DNA of 64,000 bases from positions 82,937-146,936 of the IMG/VR virus record IMGVR_UViG_3300021387_001614. One strand, 5' to 3'. The notes beneath the pieces are model-generated. The model searched no databases, was not told the origin of the DNA, and worked only from the letters and a program-made list of their open reading frames with translations. The DNA is from a virus (lineage: Duplodnaviria; Caudoviricetes). The position numbers and the translations under genes were made by a program. Positions 1 to 9,507 of the stretch are shown piece after piece (positions within the stretch are counted from its first letter, which is position 1; each line of letters begins with the position of its first letter).

Positions 1-784
1 TATTTGTAAAACTAAAGCCTTCGTTAGTGGTGTAAAGTTTATTTTCGTCAGCACCAAATACACCGTCATTAGCAAGCGCTTCCCTTGATGCCACGCTCAT
101 ATCACCCCTGCCATATCCAACATTCCACTCAGGTTCTTCTCTCTGTGGGCTTCTTGTTATGGGCATTTCCGAAAGTTTTCTCACCTCAAAAATGTGTCTG
201 CCAATGCAATCACACGCACTTTTTTTATCAAAATAAGGTTTTCCGCCACGCTTAGTTCTTGGTTTTACACCATATTTGTTTAACGTAATATATATGGCTC
301 TTTCTGTATAATTGCCTTCGTAACCATGCATTTTAAGCATCTTGATTATTTGTGCCGTAGATACTAAGTTTACAAACTTTCGCTTTATTTCCGCTTCTGT
401 TAAATTCGTGGTGTTTCCCCCGTTTAACAATCCGTTTATCTCCCTTTGTCCGTTAGGGTTTGCTGAATGCACATAGAAACGTGGTAATTCCTTATTATTT
501 GCCTTACAATATTTAAGAAGCCACTTTGCACATTCAAACCCCTTTTTCAGCCCCTTGCCAAGGTCATGGTCAAACGAAATAAACTGAGGAATGCCGTTTT
601 TTAAAATAAACCCCGTAAATTCTTCAAAATTCTTTACCCACACAAACTTAATGTTTCTTTTATTCATCAAGTTATCATAGTAAGATTTGTTTCTTTTAAA
701 GGTCTTTGAATCTGATTTTTTATTTAAATAGTTATATGGGTTGCGTTTATCGTCTAGCCACAAAACAGTTAAATTTTTGCCCAT
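1..784 (-). CDS. Cyclic-phosphate-processing receiver (cREC)-like domain protein with C-terminal extension; partial, runs off the left edge
   Basis: Absent from the ORF track; translated by hand from ATG 784: MGKNLTVLWLDDKRNP...ISFDHDLGKGLKKGFECAKWL...VHSANPNG, open to position 1. LDDxRxP, SFDHDLG and HSANPxG are the motifs of this receiver-like family. Confidence 0.8.
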   Translation of the reverse strand, partial: MGKNLTVLWLDDKRNPYNYLNKKSDSKTFKRNKSYYDNLMNKRNIKFVWVKNFEEFTGFILKNGIPQFISFDHDLGKGLKKGFECAKWLLKYCKANNKELPRFYVHSANPNGQREINGLLNGGNTTNLTEAEIKRKFVNLVSTAQIIKMLKMHGYEGNYTERAIYITLNKYGVKPRTKRGGKPYFDKKSACDCIGRHIFEVRKLSEMPITRSPQREEPEWNVGYGRGDMSVASREALANDGVFGADENKLYTTNEGFSFTN

Positions 785-803
785 TTAAAATGTCTTTTAG
801 TTT

Positions 804-1346
804 TTAAGCCTGAAACTCTGATGTATCCACCGGAGCACAATTTATTGTTCTGAATAACGGACAAGTTCCGAATAATGTATGCGCATTATCGTAATAATTT
901 CGTCCATCATTGGTTACCGTGAAAAACTCCATATGTTCGGGTGTTATTTGTATGCCTATGTAATCACCAACAGTAATTTCTATCCCCAATTCTGTCAGCG
1001 TTTCTTGATAAACACCAATTGTGAGTTTTCCCGTTTTCATATATGTCCCAAGATTTTTGGTCTTATCGTATGATTTAAGTTCGGGTTGTTCTATTTTGTA
1101 AACACAGTGAAACTCTACGGGTGTTTTAAAAACCACATTATTATCGGTTTCCCCATAAATGGCATCGACGTTTGACTTAGAGATATCAACACGATACAAC
1201 ACTGCCGTTTGATTCATGTCCTGTTCAATGTAGTTTTTACCCACATCACGCTCGAACTTAAAAGAATCCTCACCATAGAAAAGTCTGTTTCTATTGACCG
1301 GAACCCTTCTTATGTTCTTTGTATTAAATTCTAATCCGTTTGCCAT
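804..1346 (-). CDS. Probable neck/head-completion protein (T4 gp14-like)
   Basis: 180 aa; VLYRVD...DAIYGE and VGDYI segments resemble gp14-type head-closure proteins; late-strand context. Confidence 0.45.
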   Translation of the reverse strand: MANGLEFNTKNIRRVPVNRNRLFYGEDSFKFERDVGKNYIEQDMNQTAVLYRVDISKSNVDAIYGETDNNVVFKTPVEFHCVYKIEQPELKSYDKTKNLGTYMKTGKLTIGVYQETLTELGIEITVGDYIGIQITPEHMEFFTVTNDGRNYYDNAHTLFGTCPLFRTINCAPVDTSEFQA

Positions 1347-1348
1347 TT

Positions 1349-2149
1349 TTATCTGTAAAATAAATGTTTATAATATTGTCTGTAATTATTTGTAAACCAA
1401 TTAATTACGTTAATTAGCCCTTTATTGGCATATAGTATTCTATCACTAATTATTGATTTAATATACCACACACCTCTTGCATAATCATGAAATATAGGAC
1501 ATACGTATCTGACTGCTCTGCCATTAAATATAGCATCATATTCTTCATCCAACGCATGATATGTCTCAACACCACTTGCAAGACAAATGACACAATCTTT
1601 TCCGTAACATGATTGATTCATCTGCTCGTATTTTATTGTGTTTACAAGATGACCAAAAGCGAAAACACCGTTTTTCTCATCGGGCATTAAATTATGCGTC
1701 CACGGAAGTTGTTCAAAGTCATCTACACCTTTTTTAAAGCCTTCCTTTGCAATTTCCTCCGCATGGTCAGTAAAGTGTATAACCCACTTATTAGAAAATG
1801 TTTTTTCGTGGTGCATTGTTAAATGTGCAGGTGCACCATGAAACTCTCCATACCCATTAACAAAATTTTCAGACATTTCGTTATAGAAATCATTTGGGTT
1901 TGCACCCATTTCAATCGCCATATCATAAATCTCGTTAAAATTATAATATTTAAGATTGTTAAATTCATTTCCATATTTTGATACACACCACTCTATAAAT
2001 GCACCGGGATATTTCTCAATGCACTGTCTTGTTTTCTTCTCTGTATTGGTAAAATAATTTTTAAGGTCTATACCCTTTTTTTCCCAATACTCAGAAACAG
2101 AATTTTCGAAAAGTTTCTTAAATGTACCTTCTGAAATAACAAGTCTCAT
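1349..2149 (-). CDS. Hypothetical protein, ADP-ribosyltransferase-like fold candidate with leader peptide
   Basis: 266 aa; WVIHFT..AEEIAKEGF, YG, DEE..AIF pattern; paralog of 16790..17512; TATTTATA upstream. Confidence 0.5.
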   Translation of the reverse strand: MRLVISEGTFKKLFENSVSEYWEKKGIDLKNYFTNTEKKTRQCIEKYPGAFIEWCVSKYGNEFNNLKYYNFNEIYDMAIEMGANPNDFYNEMSENFVNGYGEFHGAPAHLTMHHEKTFSNKWVIHFTDHAEEIAKEGFKKGVDDFEQLPWTHNLMPDEKNGVFAFGHLVNTIKYEQMNQSCYGKDCVICLASGVETYHALDEEYDAIFNGRAVRYVCPIFHDYARGVWYIKSIISDRILYANKGLINVINWFTNNYRQYYKHLFYR

Positions 2150-2160
2150 GGGTTTTTCTT

Positions 2161-2168
2161 TATAAATA
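2161..2168 (-). promoter_or_regulatory. Candidate late promoter TATTTATA
   Basis: TATAAATA on + strand 12 nt upstream of minus-strand ATG 2149; motif recurs before many minus-strand genes. Confidence 0.65.
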
Positions 2169-2271
2169 TCACTTTTCTTAAATGTCTCTGCATCAAACCG
2201 TTTACAGACTTGAAATATATATAAAAAATGCTATATTTTATATGTAGGGGGGGTGATTAAATAAGAAAAAA

Positions 2272-4230
2272 ATGGGAATATCACTTAAAAAAGTAGAAGA
2301 AGCACATTTAATTTTAAAAGAATATAAGGGGAATAATCCATATATTATTTCTCTTAAAAATGGCGTATATGCATATAAAACCGCCTCACTTAACGATTTT
2401 CAAGTGGAATTCATATTAAGAAACCACGATAAAGAACCCATTTACGTGAATAAACTTGTTAAAATCACAGAATGGTATGGCGAAAAGCTAAAAGAAAAGT
2501 GGGAAACTGAATTTACGCCCGAAATGTTTGTTATCGGGTGGTATATGGGCGATACATCAACACACTATGTGTTTAATTGTAAATACAGAAGAAGTCAGGA
2601 TAAACCTGTTATGCTTTTTGCACCCAAAAACGCCATTTTAACGGACTTTTTGGCTGATGAATACAATAATATCGAACTTGATTTTTCGAAATATGAGGAA
2701 AAAAGCGGCAGAACCGTAATGGAACACCAAAAAGAGGCTGTAAAGTTCCTTATTTCAAGGAAAAAGTGTATTTTGGCAGACCAAATGGGGGGAGGCAAAA
2801 CCATGTCCGCCATTCTCGGTGCATTAATGGGTGATTATAAACATGTTTTAATAATTTCACCCTCATCGGTGAAAAAAACATGGGAAAATGAACTCAAATT
2901 GTTCGTGGATGATGACGATATCACTATTGTGCAAGGGTCAAAGTGGAAAGACGCCAAATTTACCATCATCAACTACGATATTTTGGATAATTTCTATACC
3001 ATACCAACGCAAAAAATCAAGAAAAAGGAAATAAACGTTGATGAAAACGGAAAAATAGTCACAGAATATAAGGAAAAAGAAATTGTTTCAAGAAGCAAAA
3101 AGATTATTTCTGAGGCAATGGCTGAAAGTCAGTTATTTCAAGCAAAATACGACCTTATAATAATAGACGAGGCACATAAACTTTCTAATAATACATCGGG
3201 TAGATTTAAAATTATTTCCGACCTCGTTAAAAGAAGTAATCCAAAGGGTATTTTTGAGTTAACGGGTACAATGATTACGAACTCAAGTAAAAATTTATAT
3301 AATATTCTTAAAATCATTAATGTTCCCGTAACACATGATTGGCAAAACTACATGACAAGGTATTGTGGTGCTAAGTTTTTCTTTAAAAAGAACGAGAGAA
3401 ACGCTTATACTGCTATGTTTTGTAAATCTATGGGAAAAAATGAATGGGCTGAGTTATCTTACGATGAAAAAGGAAAATTAAATGAGTTCTTAGAAAAGAA
3501 ATGTAAAAAAATATGTATTCCCGGTGAAGATACAAACATGGAAGAACTACAGGAAATAATCAAGCCTTATTATTTAAGACGATTAAAAAGTGATTTTGCT
3601 GATATTGTTAAAAAAGAGGTGAAATATTTGCACTATGAAATGACTGACGAAGAAAAAGATTCTTACAATCAATTATGGGAACAATATTTAGCGTTGCAAG
3701 AAGACACCGAAAAAACAATTAAAAACAAGCAACTTATTGAGACAACGTTAATGCGACAATGGTTGGCTGATAAGATGATTCCAAGAACAATAAAACTTGC
3801 TCGTGAAATTATCGAAAAGGGGCACAAAGTGATTATTTTCTGTGCATATGACAATGAAATAGACAAATTCAGAGAAGAATTTGGTGACATATGTGTTTAT
3901 CATAATGGTAAACTAACAGAAAAAAAGAAAAATGACGCTGTTGAAAAATTTCAAAATGACGACAATATAAAGGTGTTTATAGGAAACGTTATAAGTGCGG
4001 GTGTTGGTTTAACTTTAGTTTCAAGTGATACCGCAATATTTAATAATTTTTCATTTGTTCCTGCTGACTGTTTGCAGTGTGAGGATAGAATACACCGCCT
4101 TAACCAAACTAAACCATGTACCATATATTATCAGTCATTTAATGGCACTTATTATGATAAAATGTTAGAAATTATTCATAGAAAACAAGATGTCATTGAT
4201 AAAATAATTATAACTGAAAAAGAAAAATAA
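2272..4230 (+). CDS. SNF2-family DEAH helicase (HARP/SMARCAL1-like)
   Basis: LADQMGGGKT Walker A, IIDEAH, LTGT, LRRLK, GVGLTL, QCEDRIHR motifs. Confidence 0.92.
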   Translation: MGISLKKVEEAHLILKEYKGNNPYIISLKNGVYAYKTASLNDFQVEFILRNHDKEPIYVNKLVKITEWYGEKLKEKWETEFTPEMFVIGWYMGDTSTHYVFNCKYRRSQDKPVMLFAPKNAILTDFLADEYNNIELDFSKYEEKSGRTVMEHQKEAVKFLISRKKCILADQMGGGKTMSAILGALMGDYKHVLIISPSSVKKTWENELKLFVDDDDITIVQGSKWKDAKFTIINYDILDNFYTIPTQKIKKKEINVDENGKIVTEYKEKEIVSRSKKIISEAMAESQLFQAKYDLIIIDEAHKLSNNTSGRFKIISDLVKRSNPKGIFELTGTMITNSSKNLYNILKIINVPVTHDWQNYMTRYCGAKFFFKKNERNAYTAMFCKSMGKNEWAELSYDEKGKLNEFLEKKCKKICIPGEDTNMEELQEIIKPYYLRRLKSDFADIVKKEVKYLHYEMTDEEKDSYNQLWEQYLALQEDTEKTIKNKQLIETTLMRQWLADKMIPRTIKLAREIIEKGHKVIIFCAYDNEIDKFREEFGDICVYHNGKLTEKKKNDAVEKFQNDDNIKVFIGNVISAGVGLTLVSSDTAIFNNFSFVPADCLQCEDRIHRLNQTKPCTIYYQSFNGTYYDKMLEIIHRKQDVIDKIIITEKEK

Positions 4231-4231
4231 T

Positions 4232-4861
4232 ATGATTAATTTAAATTTAAAAGAGGAAGATATTAAGGAAATAAAATGCACTCTTGATAACGGAAAAATT
4301 GTAACATTTAGTATGAGAGATTCTGTTTTACAGGATGTAGACGTAGTTGTGCCACAAGACAACACCAAAAGAAATGAAGAATTAATGGGCAAAGAATTTG
4401 AAAAATTATTCGATGATTATATCAAGTGGACTGACAAATACAAAAAAATACCCCTATCAAAACAGGATTTTAAGATACTGTTTTTATCAAAAGAGGGTGT
4501 ATGGAAAGGCGACACTAAGTTCCCAATCATTACAATTAATGAAAGCAAGACGCCAACATCTTTATCTAAAAATGGAGATATCCGCAACACATTAGAAGCC
4601 GCAAGAACCGGTGAATGGAAAGAAAATGTTAAGGCAACAGGCTCTTTTGTGCCAAAACCCGAACCTCGTGACGGTAAACCAATTAATCGAACACCAACAG
4701 CAGCTTCAGATGAAGAAATAAATGATTTCAAGGAGTCACAAAAAGAAAGTGATGAATATAGATGGGATAAAATCAAAAAAAGCATAGAGAAAGAAGAAGA
4801 CGAAAAAATAAAAGAGGCTACTGCAATAATTGAACACCGTAAGTATCGCAAACAAGATTAA
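4232..4861 (+). CDS. Hypothetical protein
   Basis: 209 aa ORF tightly coupled between helicase and next gene. Confidence 0.7.
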   Translation: MINLNLKEEDIKEIKCTLDNGKIVTFSMRDSVLQDVDVVVPQDNTKRNEELMGKEFEKLFDDYIKWTDKYKKIPLSKQDFKILFLSKEGVWKGDTKFPIITINESKTPTSLSKNGDIRNTLEAARTGEWKENVKATGSFVPKPEPRDGKPINRTPTAASDEEINDFKESQKESDEYRWDKIKKSIEKEEDEKIKEATAIIEHRKYRKQD

Positions 4862-4863
4862 AA

Positions 4864-5256
4864 ATGGAAGAATTATATTTAGGTTTCGTTAAGTTAATAG
4901 GACAAGAAACAGATGGATTAAACAGATATGAGTTTATTTTCACTGATAATGTTGATGAATTTTGGGGTGAGGATTTCGATATAAAACCCGCAGGATTATG
5001 TAATGACATTGCCCCTGATGATAAATATATGTCCGAAATTCATATTGTTAGAACAACAATGAAATTTGACCTTGCTCAAAAATGTAATTGTTTTTCCATG
5101 CAAGACTGTATAGATGGGTGTATTGCACTTGCGTGGGAAAACATTGACGATTATGAAGAATATCCCGAAGATACTGGGAGATTGGTCTTTAATTTTGGAG
5201 AACCGTTTGATGAAGTTGAAAGAAAGTTCGCATTAAGGGGCATTTTATTAAATTAA
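4864..5256 (+). CDS. Hypothetical acidic phage protein
   Basis: 130 aa; last gene of the operon, followed by a terminator. Confidence 0.75.
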   Translation: MEELYLGFVKLIGQETDGLNRYEFIFTDNVDEFWGEDFDIKPAGLCNDIAPDDKYMSEIHIVRTTMKFDLAQKCNCFSMQDCIDGCIALAWENIDDYEEYPEDTGRLVFNFGEPFDEVERKFALRGILLN

Positions 5257-5290
5257 AAAACCGGTGATTTTTGCACCGGTTTTTATTTTT
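5255..5290. terminator. Bidirectional intrinsic terminator
   Basis: A-tract, ACCGGTG/CACCGGT stem, T-tract, between convergent genes. Confidence 0.8.
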
Positions 5291-5623
5291 TTAATACCCA
5301 CTATCAGGCCATTCATCAGGGTGTTCATCCAAATCATTTATGTCATCATCGTTTCCACCAAACTGACTTCTCTCAAAGTTTCTTACAGCCTCACTTTCGT
5401 CATCTTCAATACCGCTAAAATCAAGTCCTACCTCACCGAGTTCGTCAGCAGCGTCCAATTCGTCATCTGACGGAACGTCAAATTCATCATCTTGATGCTG
5501 CCATTCATTGTCATTTGTTTCTAATGAATCATAATCATCAATGCCAAATTCTTCATTGACAAAATCCCTAATTGTTTTTTTAACCGTTTCAAAAATTAAT
5601 TGGTTTGAAATATTCTTTTTCAT
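5291..5623 (-). CDS. Highly acidic small protein with leader-like N-terminus
   Basis: 110 aa; basic amphipathic N-terminus ending in VNEE, then a D/E-rich body. Confidence 0.7.
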   Translation of the reverse strand: MKKNISNQLIFETVKKTIRDFVNEEFGIDDYDSLETNDNEWQHQDDEFDVPSDDELDAADELGEVGLDFSGIEDDESEAVRNFERSQFGGNDDDINDLDEHPDEWPDSGY

Positions 5624-5634
5624 GATGTTTTTAC

Positions 5635-6012
5635 TTATTTTATCGTTATCATTAATTCTTCTCTTATGGGCATTATTAGTTTACCCTTTGGAAAAGTTAA
5701 ATCGTCTGACTTAATTTCCCCAAATGTGATTTCAAATGTCCCCTCATAGGTTCCTGCTTCTTTTGTATCCCTTTCCTTCCAATCATAACATATTGCATAT
5801 TGATTGGTGCATCCACCTATTTCTCTTTCTTTAATATATGCCGGTGCTTTTGCAATTTTAGTTACACCCGTTTCCATATTTACCATCGAAAACGTTATTG
5901 TGGCATTCTGTATCGCATCATAAAACTTCATATAATCATGCCTACCGTCATGAATCAAATCCATTCTGAGGATGGGTAACACAGCACCTTTTCTTATGTA
6001 GAATTCCTGCAT
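5635..6012 (-). CDS. BppU-like (baseplate upper protein N-terminal) Ig-fold virion protein
   Basis: FYIRKGAVLPIL, ATITFSM, YDW..RDT..AGTYEGTFEITF pattern typical of this family; TATTTAT upstream at 6029-6035. Confidence 0.6.
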   Translation of the reverse strand: MQEFYIRKGAVLPILRMDLIHDGRHDYMKFYDAIQNATITFSMVNMETGVTKIAKAPAYIKEREIGGCTNQYAICYDWKERDTKEAGTYEGTFEITFGEIKSDDLTFPKGKLIMPIREELMITIK

Positions 6013-6036
6013 TTTTATCTTTTTTTAAATAAATAG

Positions 6037-9000
6037 TCAGGTTTCTATTGTTTCAAATTCGGGACTACGAATATCATCAAAAACAAATCCACCCGTCGAA
6101 GGTCTAACATCAGGTAATTTTTTGAAATAGAAATACATATTAGAATCCATTGTGACAATATCACTTAACTGTTTCGGAATAATACCCTCATTTTCAAAGT
6201 CTTCTATATCTTTATTCGTAAGGCTATTAAGTGCTTCAAGATATTTTTCATCTTCTATTTTAAACAGTTCAGTGTCTTCTTTTTTCTTTTCTTCGATATA
6301 TTTTTCAACAAGTTCGTCCCATTTTATTCCACACTCATCAATGAATGGCGGTCTTTCGTTTATTTTAAGCCAAAACTCAATTTCCTTATTTTCTGGCGTC
6401 ATAAGTGCCTCATATGTATCTTGGTCACCGGGTTTATTTGGGAAACCTGATACAAGTTTTGACTCTTCTTCCGTGAAATATTGTCTGTCAGAAGGCTTAG
6501 TGATAATAATTTTATCCCTTATTTCGGGCGAAAAACAAACCAATAACGGTGTTATTCTTTTATTGAATTGGTCGATGTATTTTTCAACGTTATATTCCAT
6601 ATCATCAACATCGCTACACAACACATCACCTTCACTATTTACAATTTCATTTGGTACGAGTTTGCAATTCAATATAATCTCATCTTCTTCCCTAACAACG
6701 TATTTACTAACCATCTTTTTTAAAGCGGCCGTTTTAACACTTTTTATGTCTATACCTTCTTTTTCACAATCAGGTAAAATTAACTCTTTTGCCAATTTAG
6801 TGTTAAGTTCTGTTTCCACACCGTCTTGAATAACAAACTTATGCGTTATTCTTTTAACATCGGAATGTGCTTTCTTGGTTCCCGTATTAATATAGTATAT
6901 CGTATCGCCCACGTCTGCATTAATACCATCCTTCATAACAAGTTCATACCACGCTTGTCTTGCCTTTTTGTTTCCTGCCTTTGTTACTGTTTTGCAATCC
7001 TCCTTATATTCTGCAATGGTTTTCTTTATTTTACCCTTTGATGCAATTTCCTTTATTGGTATTCTATAATTGTATATGTTGTCAATATACTCATAATAAT
7101 TTTCAAGAAATTCGTGTCCTTTACCCCTTAGTAACAAGTCAACACCCATGTCAATAAATCGTTCGAGATACCCGCTCATTTTTCTTGATTTAATGGTATT
7201 CCCTACCTTTTTGGTTGACCCGTCAGGCATAAGGTCGGCATAATTCTTTCTCGAAAATTGAATACAAGCATCACAGAACTCGTCTATTCCTAATCCCATC
7301 TTATTAATACCACCATCATACGCCTTTGAAAGGAACAGGTCTTCAAATTCCGCAACATCGGCATTAACTTTGGTATAGGCTTTACCCTTAACGGTATTTC
7401 GCCCTTCACCGGTACTTATATACGGGTGTTCATCTGTATACCTAAAATGCTCATTATCAGGCATTTGAAAATTAAATCCGTCAGTATCACCCACGATAGG
7501 TGTGTATCCTATCGACGTGAAGTGACTAATCATTAGGCGTAAACTCATTCGCCCTACGCATGTTGTTTTTTCAGCACCATCTATATCACCAAACGGAAAA
7601 ATAAGGGGACAACCATAAGAACCGAAAAAACTATTTGCTAAAATTTTAAGTGGTAATTGTTTTTTATCGTTACCTGTTTTCTCCATTTTCCAATGGTGAA
7701 TTTCTTTCTCTAATTCAGTTCTTTCTTCGGGTGTTGCGTCCTTAATTTTTTCTTTAATTTTATCAACCATGTCACCCGCTTCACCCTTAAGTTCTTTATA
7801 TTTTTCACGTTCAGTAAGAATATATTCGAGAAAATATAACATTACGTTCATGACATCCAACGCAGTTCTAATGTTCCACGTAAGAATAATTGATGGGTAT
7901 AGAGAATTAAAGTCAAGTTTAACAATTCTATCAACCCACCCTGTTTTCAAGAGACGTGAAAGACCACCCGTAAATCGTTTATTTGTTCCAGTTGCAGGAA
8001 CTGCCAAATCATTTTCATAACACCACGCAAGCATTATAAGTTTCCATATTCCCGCAGTTCCCATTGTACATGCACGCTGAAATGTGGTAGGAAGCATTTT
8101 TCCCACCAAGAAATTGGACTCATTTAATTTAAGTTCGACTTGTTCCGCCTCCCAAATATCATCTAAAAGATAGCGTTCGACAATGTATTTTCCTGATTTA
8201 GGCACGTACCCATCTTTAATTTCTTTTCCTTCCTTTATTTCATACCAATCGCCATTACTATTATTAAAAGCAAATTTTTCGTCTGTTATATTCCATATCT
8301 TACTAATATCATTTCCCGGAACATACACACGATTTTCTTTCTTTAAATCAAGGTATTTGGTGACATATTTAAGGTTTGCCATCTTCATGTTTGAATCCAA
8401 TGCTTGCGCACGTCTAACAGCATGAAGAGAATCAAGAATTATAAAACCCCACATTATAGTAGGATGAAAAAACTCCATTTCGCCACCAAGTTTTAATATT
8501 GTTTCACGCTTACGTTTATATATAGGATGCCTAAAATACTTAAGCGACATTTTTTCAAAATCACTTCCAAGAACCTCGGCTCTAACCATCAAAAAATTCC
8601 AATCAAAGTTCTCTGAGTTATGCCCAAAAATCGTGTCCGGTTTTTCTTCCGCAATAATTGCAAGTGTTTCATCTATTGCTGCAAGTTCATTTTTGCGTTT
8701 TTCTTCTTCTGTGTTTCCTGTGATGGATATAATTTTTTCAAACCCTTGGTTTGTCCTTATACCGATTTGTTCTATTGCGTGTATTTTAGGGTTAAGTCCT
8801 TGGGTCTCAATATCGAATGACATTCTTTTAAGTTCATCATAATTTTCATACCCTTTAAATAATCGTTTTCCCGTAGAAATCATGTATTGTTCGACAGGGG
8901 AAACCGCAAGAAATTCTTTTGATGATGTGTTGTCATCAGAACCTTTCTTTTTCCTCTCGTATATTGGTGTACCGGCGTCCGTGAAAAACGCAAGAAAACT

Positions 9001-9351
9001 TGTATATGACATTTTACGTGTGGCATAGAAAATATAAACATACCCATTATTTAACCGTTCACTTTCTTCTGCTTTTTCACCTTTATTAAGTGTTTTAATC
9101 CATATGCCATATTCTCTTAGTTTTCTCTTAAGTGTACCTTTATTTCCTTGATACATTCGTATCGCAGCGCTGTGTTTAACCCAAACAAAGGGCTTAAAGT
9201 CATCCTGTTTAACCCTTTTTTGCCCTTTTTCATTAACATAAACAATACTAACCTGATTTTCGTTGTAATCACACTCAATCGTGATTATTCTTTCCATTGG
9301 GTCGTAACCACTAAGAAATTTGTTTACTACATCTGCCGTTATTTCCTTCAT
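6037..9351 (-). CDS. Family B DNA polymerase with 3'-5' exonuclease
   Basis: FDIET (ExoI), HNSENFD (ExoII), DFNSLYPS (motif A), K..ANSFFG (B), GDTDG (C). Confidence 0.97.
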   Translation of the reverse strand: MKEITADVVNKFLSGYDPMERIITIECDYNENQVSIVYVNEKGQKRVKQDDFKPFVWVKHSAAIRMYQGNKGTLKRKLREYGIWIKTLNKGEKAEESERLNNGYVYIFYATRKMSYTSFLAFFTDAGTPIYERKKKGSDDNTSSKEFLAVSPVEQYMISTGKRLFKGYENYDELKRMSFDIETQGLNPKIHAIEQIGIRTNQGFEKIISITGNTEEEKRKNELAAIDETLAIIAEEKPDTIFGHNSENFDWNFLMVRAEVLGSDFEKMSLKYFRHPIYKRKRETILKLGGEMEFFHPTIMWGFIILDSLHAVRRAQALDSNMKMANLKYVTKYLDLKKENRVYVPGNDISKIWNITDEKFAFNNSNGDWYEIKEGKEIKDGYVPKSGKYIVERYLLDDIWEAEQVELKLNESNFLVGKMLPTTFQRACTMGTAGIWKLIMLAWCYENDLAVPATGTNKRFTGGLSRLLKTGWVDRIVKLDFNSLYPSIILTWNIRTALDVMNVMLYFLEYILTEREKYKELKGEAGDMVDKIKEKIKDATPEERTELEKEIHHWKMEKTGNDKKQLPLKILANSFFGSYGCPLIFPFGDIDGAEKTTCVGRMSLRLMISHFTSIGYTPIVGDTDGFNFQMPDNEHFRYTDEHPYISTGEGRNTVKGKAYTKVNADVAEFEDLFLSKAYDGGINKMGLGIDEFCDACIQFSRKNYADLMPDGSTKKVGNTIKSRKMSGYLERFIDMGVDLLLRGKGHEFLENYYEYIDNIYNYRIPIKEIASKGKIKKTIAEYKEDCKTVTKAGNKKARQAWYELVMKDGINADVGDTIYYINTGTKKAHSDVKRITHKFVIQDGVETELNTKLAKELILPDCEKEGIDIKSVKTAALKKMVSKYVVREEDEIILNCKLVPNEIVNSEGDVLCSDVDDMEYNVEKYIDQFNKRITPLLVCFSPEIRDKIIITKPSDRQYFTEEESKLVSGFPNKPGDQDTYEALMTPENKEIEFWLKINERPPFIDECGIKWDELVEKYIEEKKKEDTELFKIEDEKYLEALNSLTNKDIEDFENEGIIPKQLSDIVTMDSNMYFYFKKLPDVRPSTGGFVFDDIRSPEFETIET

Positions 9352-9402
9352 ATTCTTAATATTTTTTTAAGACATATTTTAATGCCATTTAACTTTCGTT
9401 TG

Positions 9403-9433
9403 CAAATATACTAAAAAAAATAAAAAAAACAAA
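9403..9433 (-). promoter_or_regulatory. Bacteroidota sigma-A-type promoter for DNA polymerase
   Basis: Minus strand TTTG (9433-9430), 19 nt spacer, TATATTTG (9410-9403). Confidence 0.75.
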
Positions 9434-9443
9434 ATATATTCAT

Positions 9444-9480
9444 AAAAAATGAGCGAACCTTTTTTGATTCGCTCATATTT
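9444..9480 (-). terminator. Intrinsic terminator after the 1543-aa fibre gene
   Basis: ATGAGCGAA/TTCGCTCAT stem with U-tract on the minus strand. Confidence 0.75.
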
Positions 9481-9507
9481 GGGTATATATTCAAAATATA
9501 ACTAACT

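Noticed and set aside
4232-4280. MINLNLKEEDIKEI as another copy of the leader
   Set aside because: Plus-strand gene in the helicase operon, with no late motif and no KES/LxE continuation; probably coincidental.
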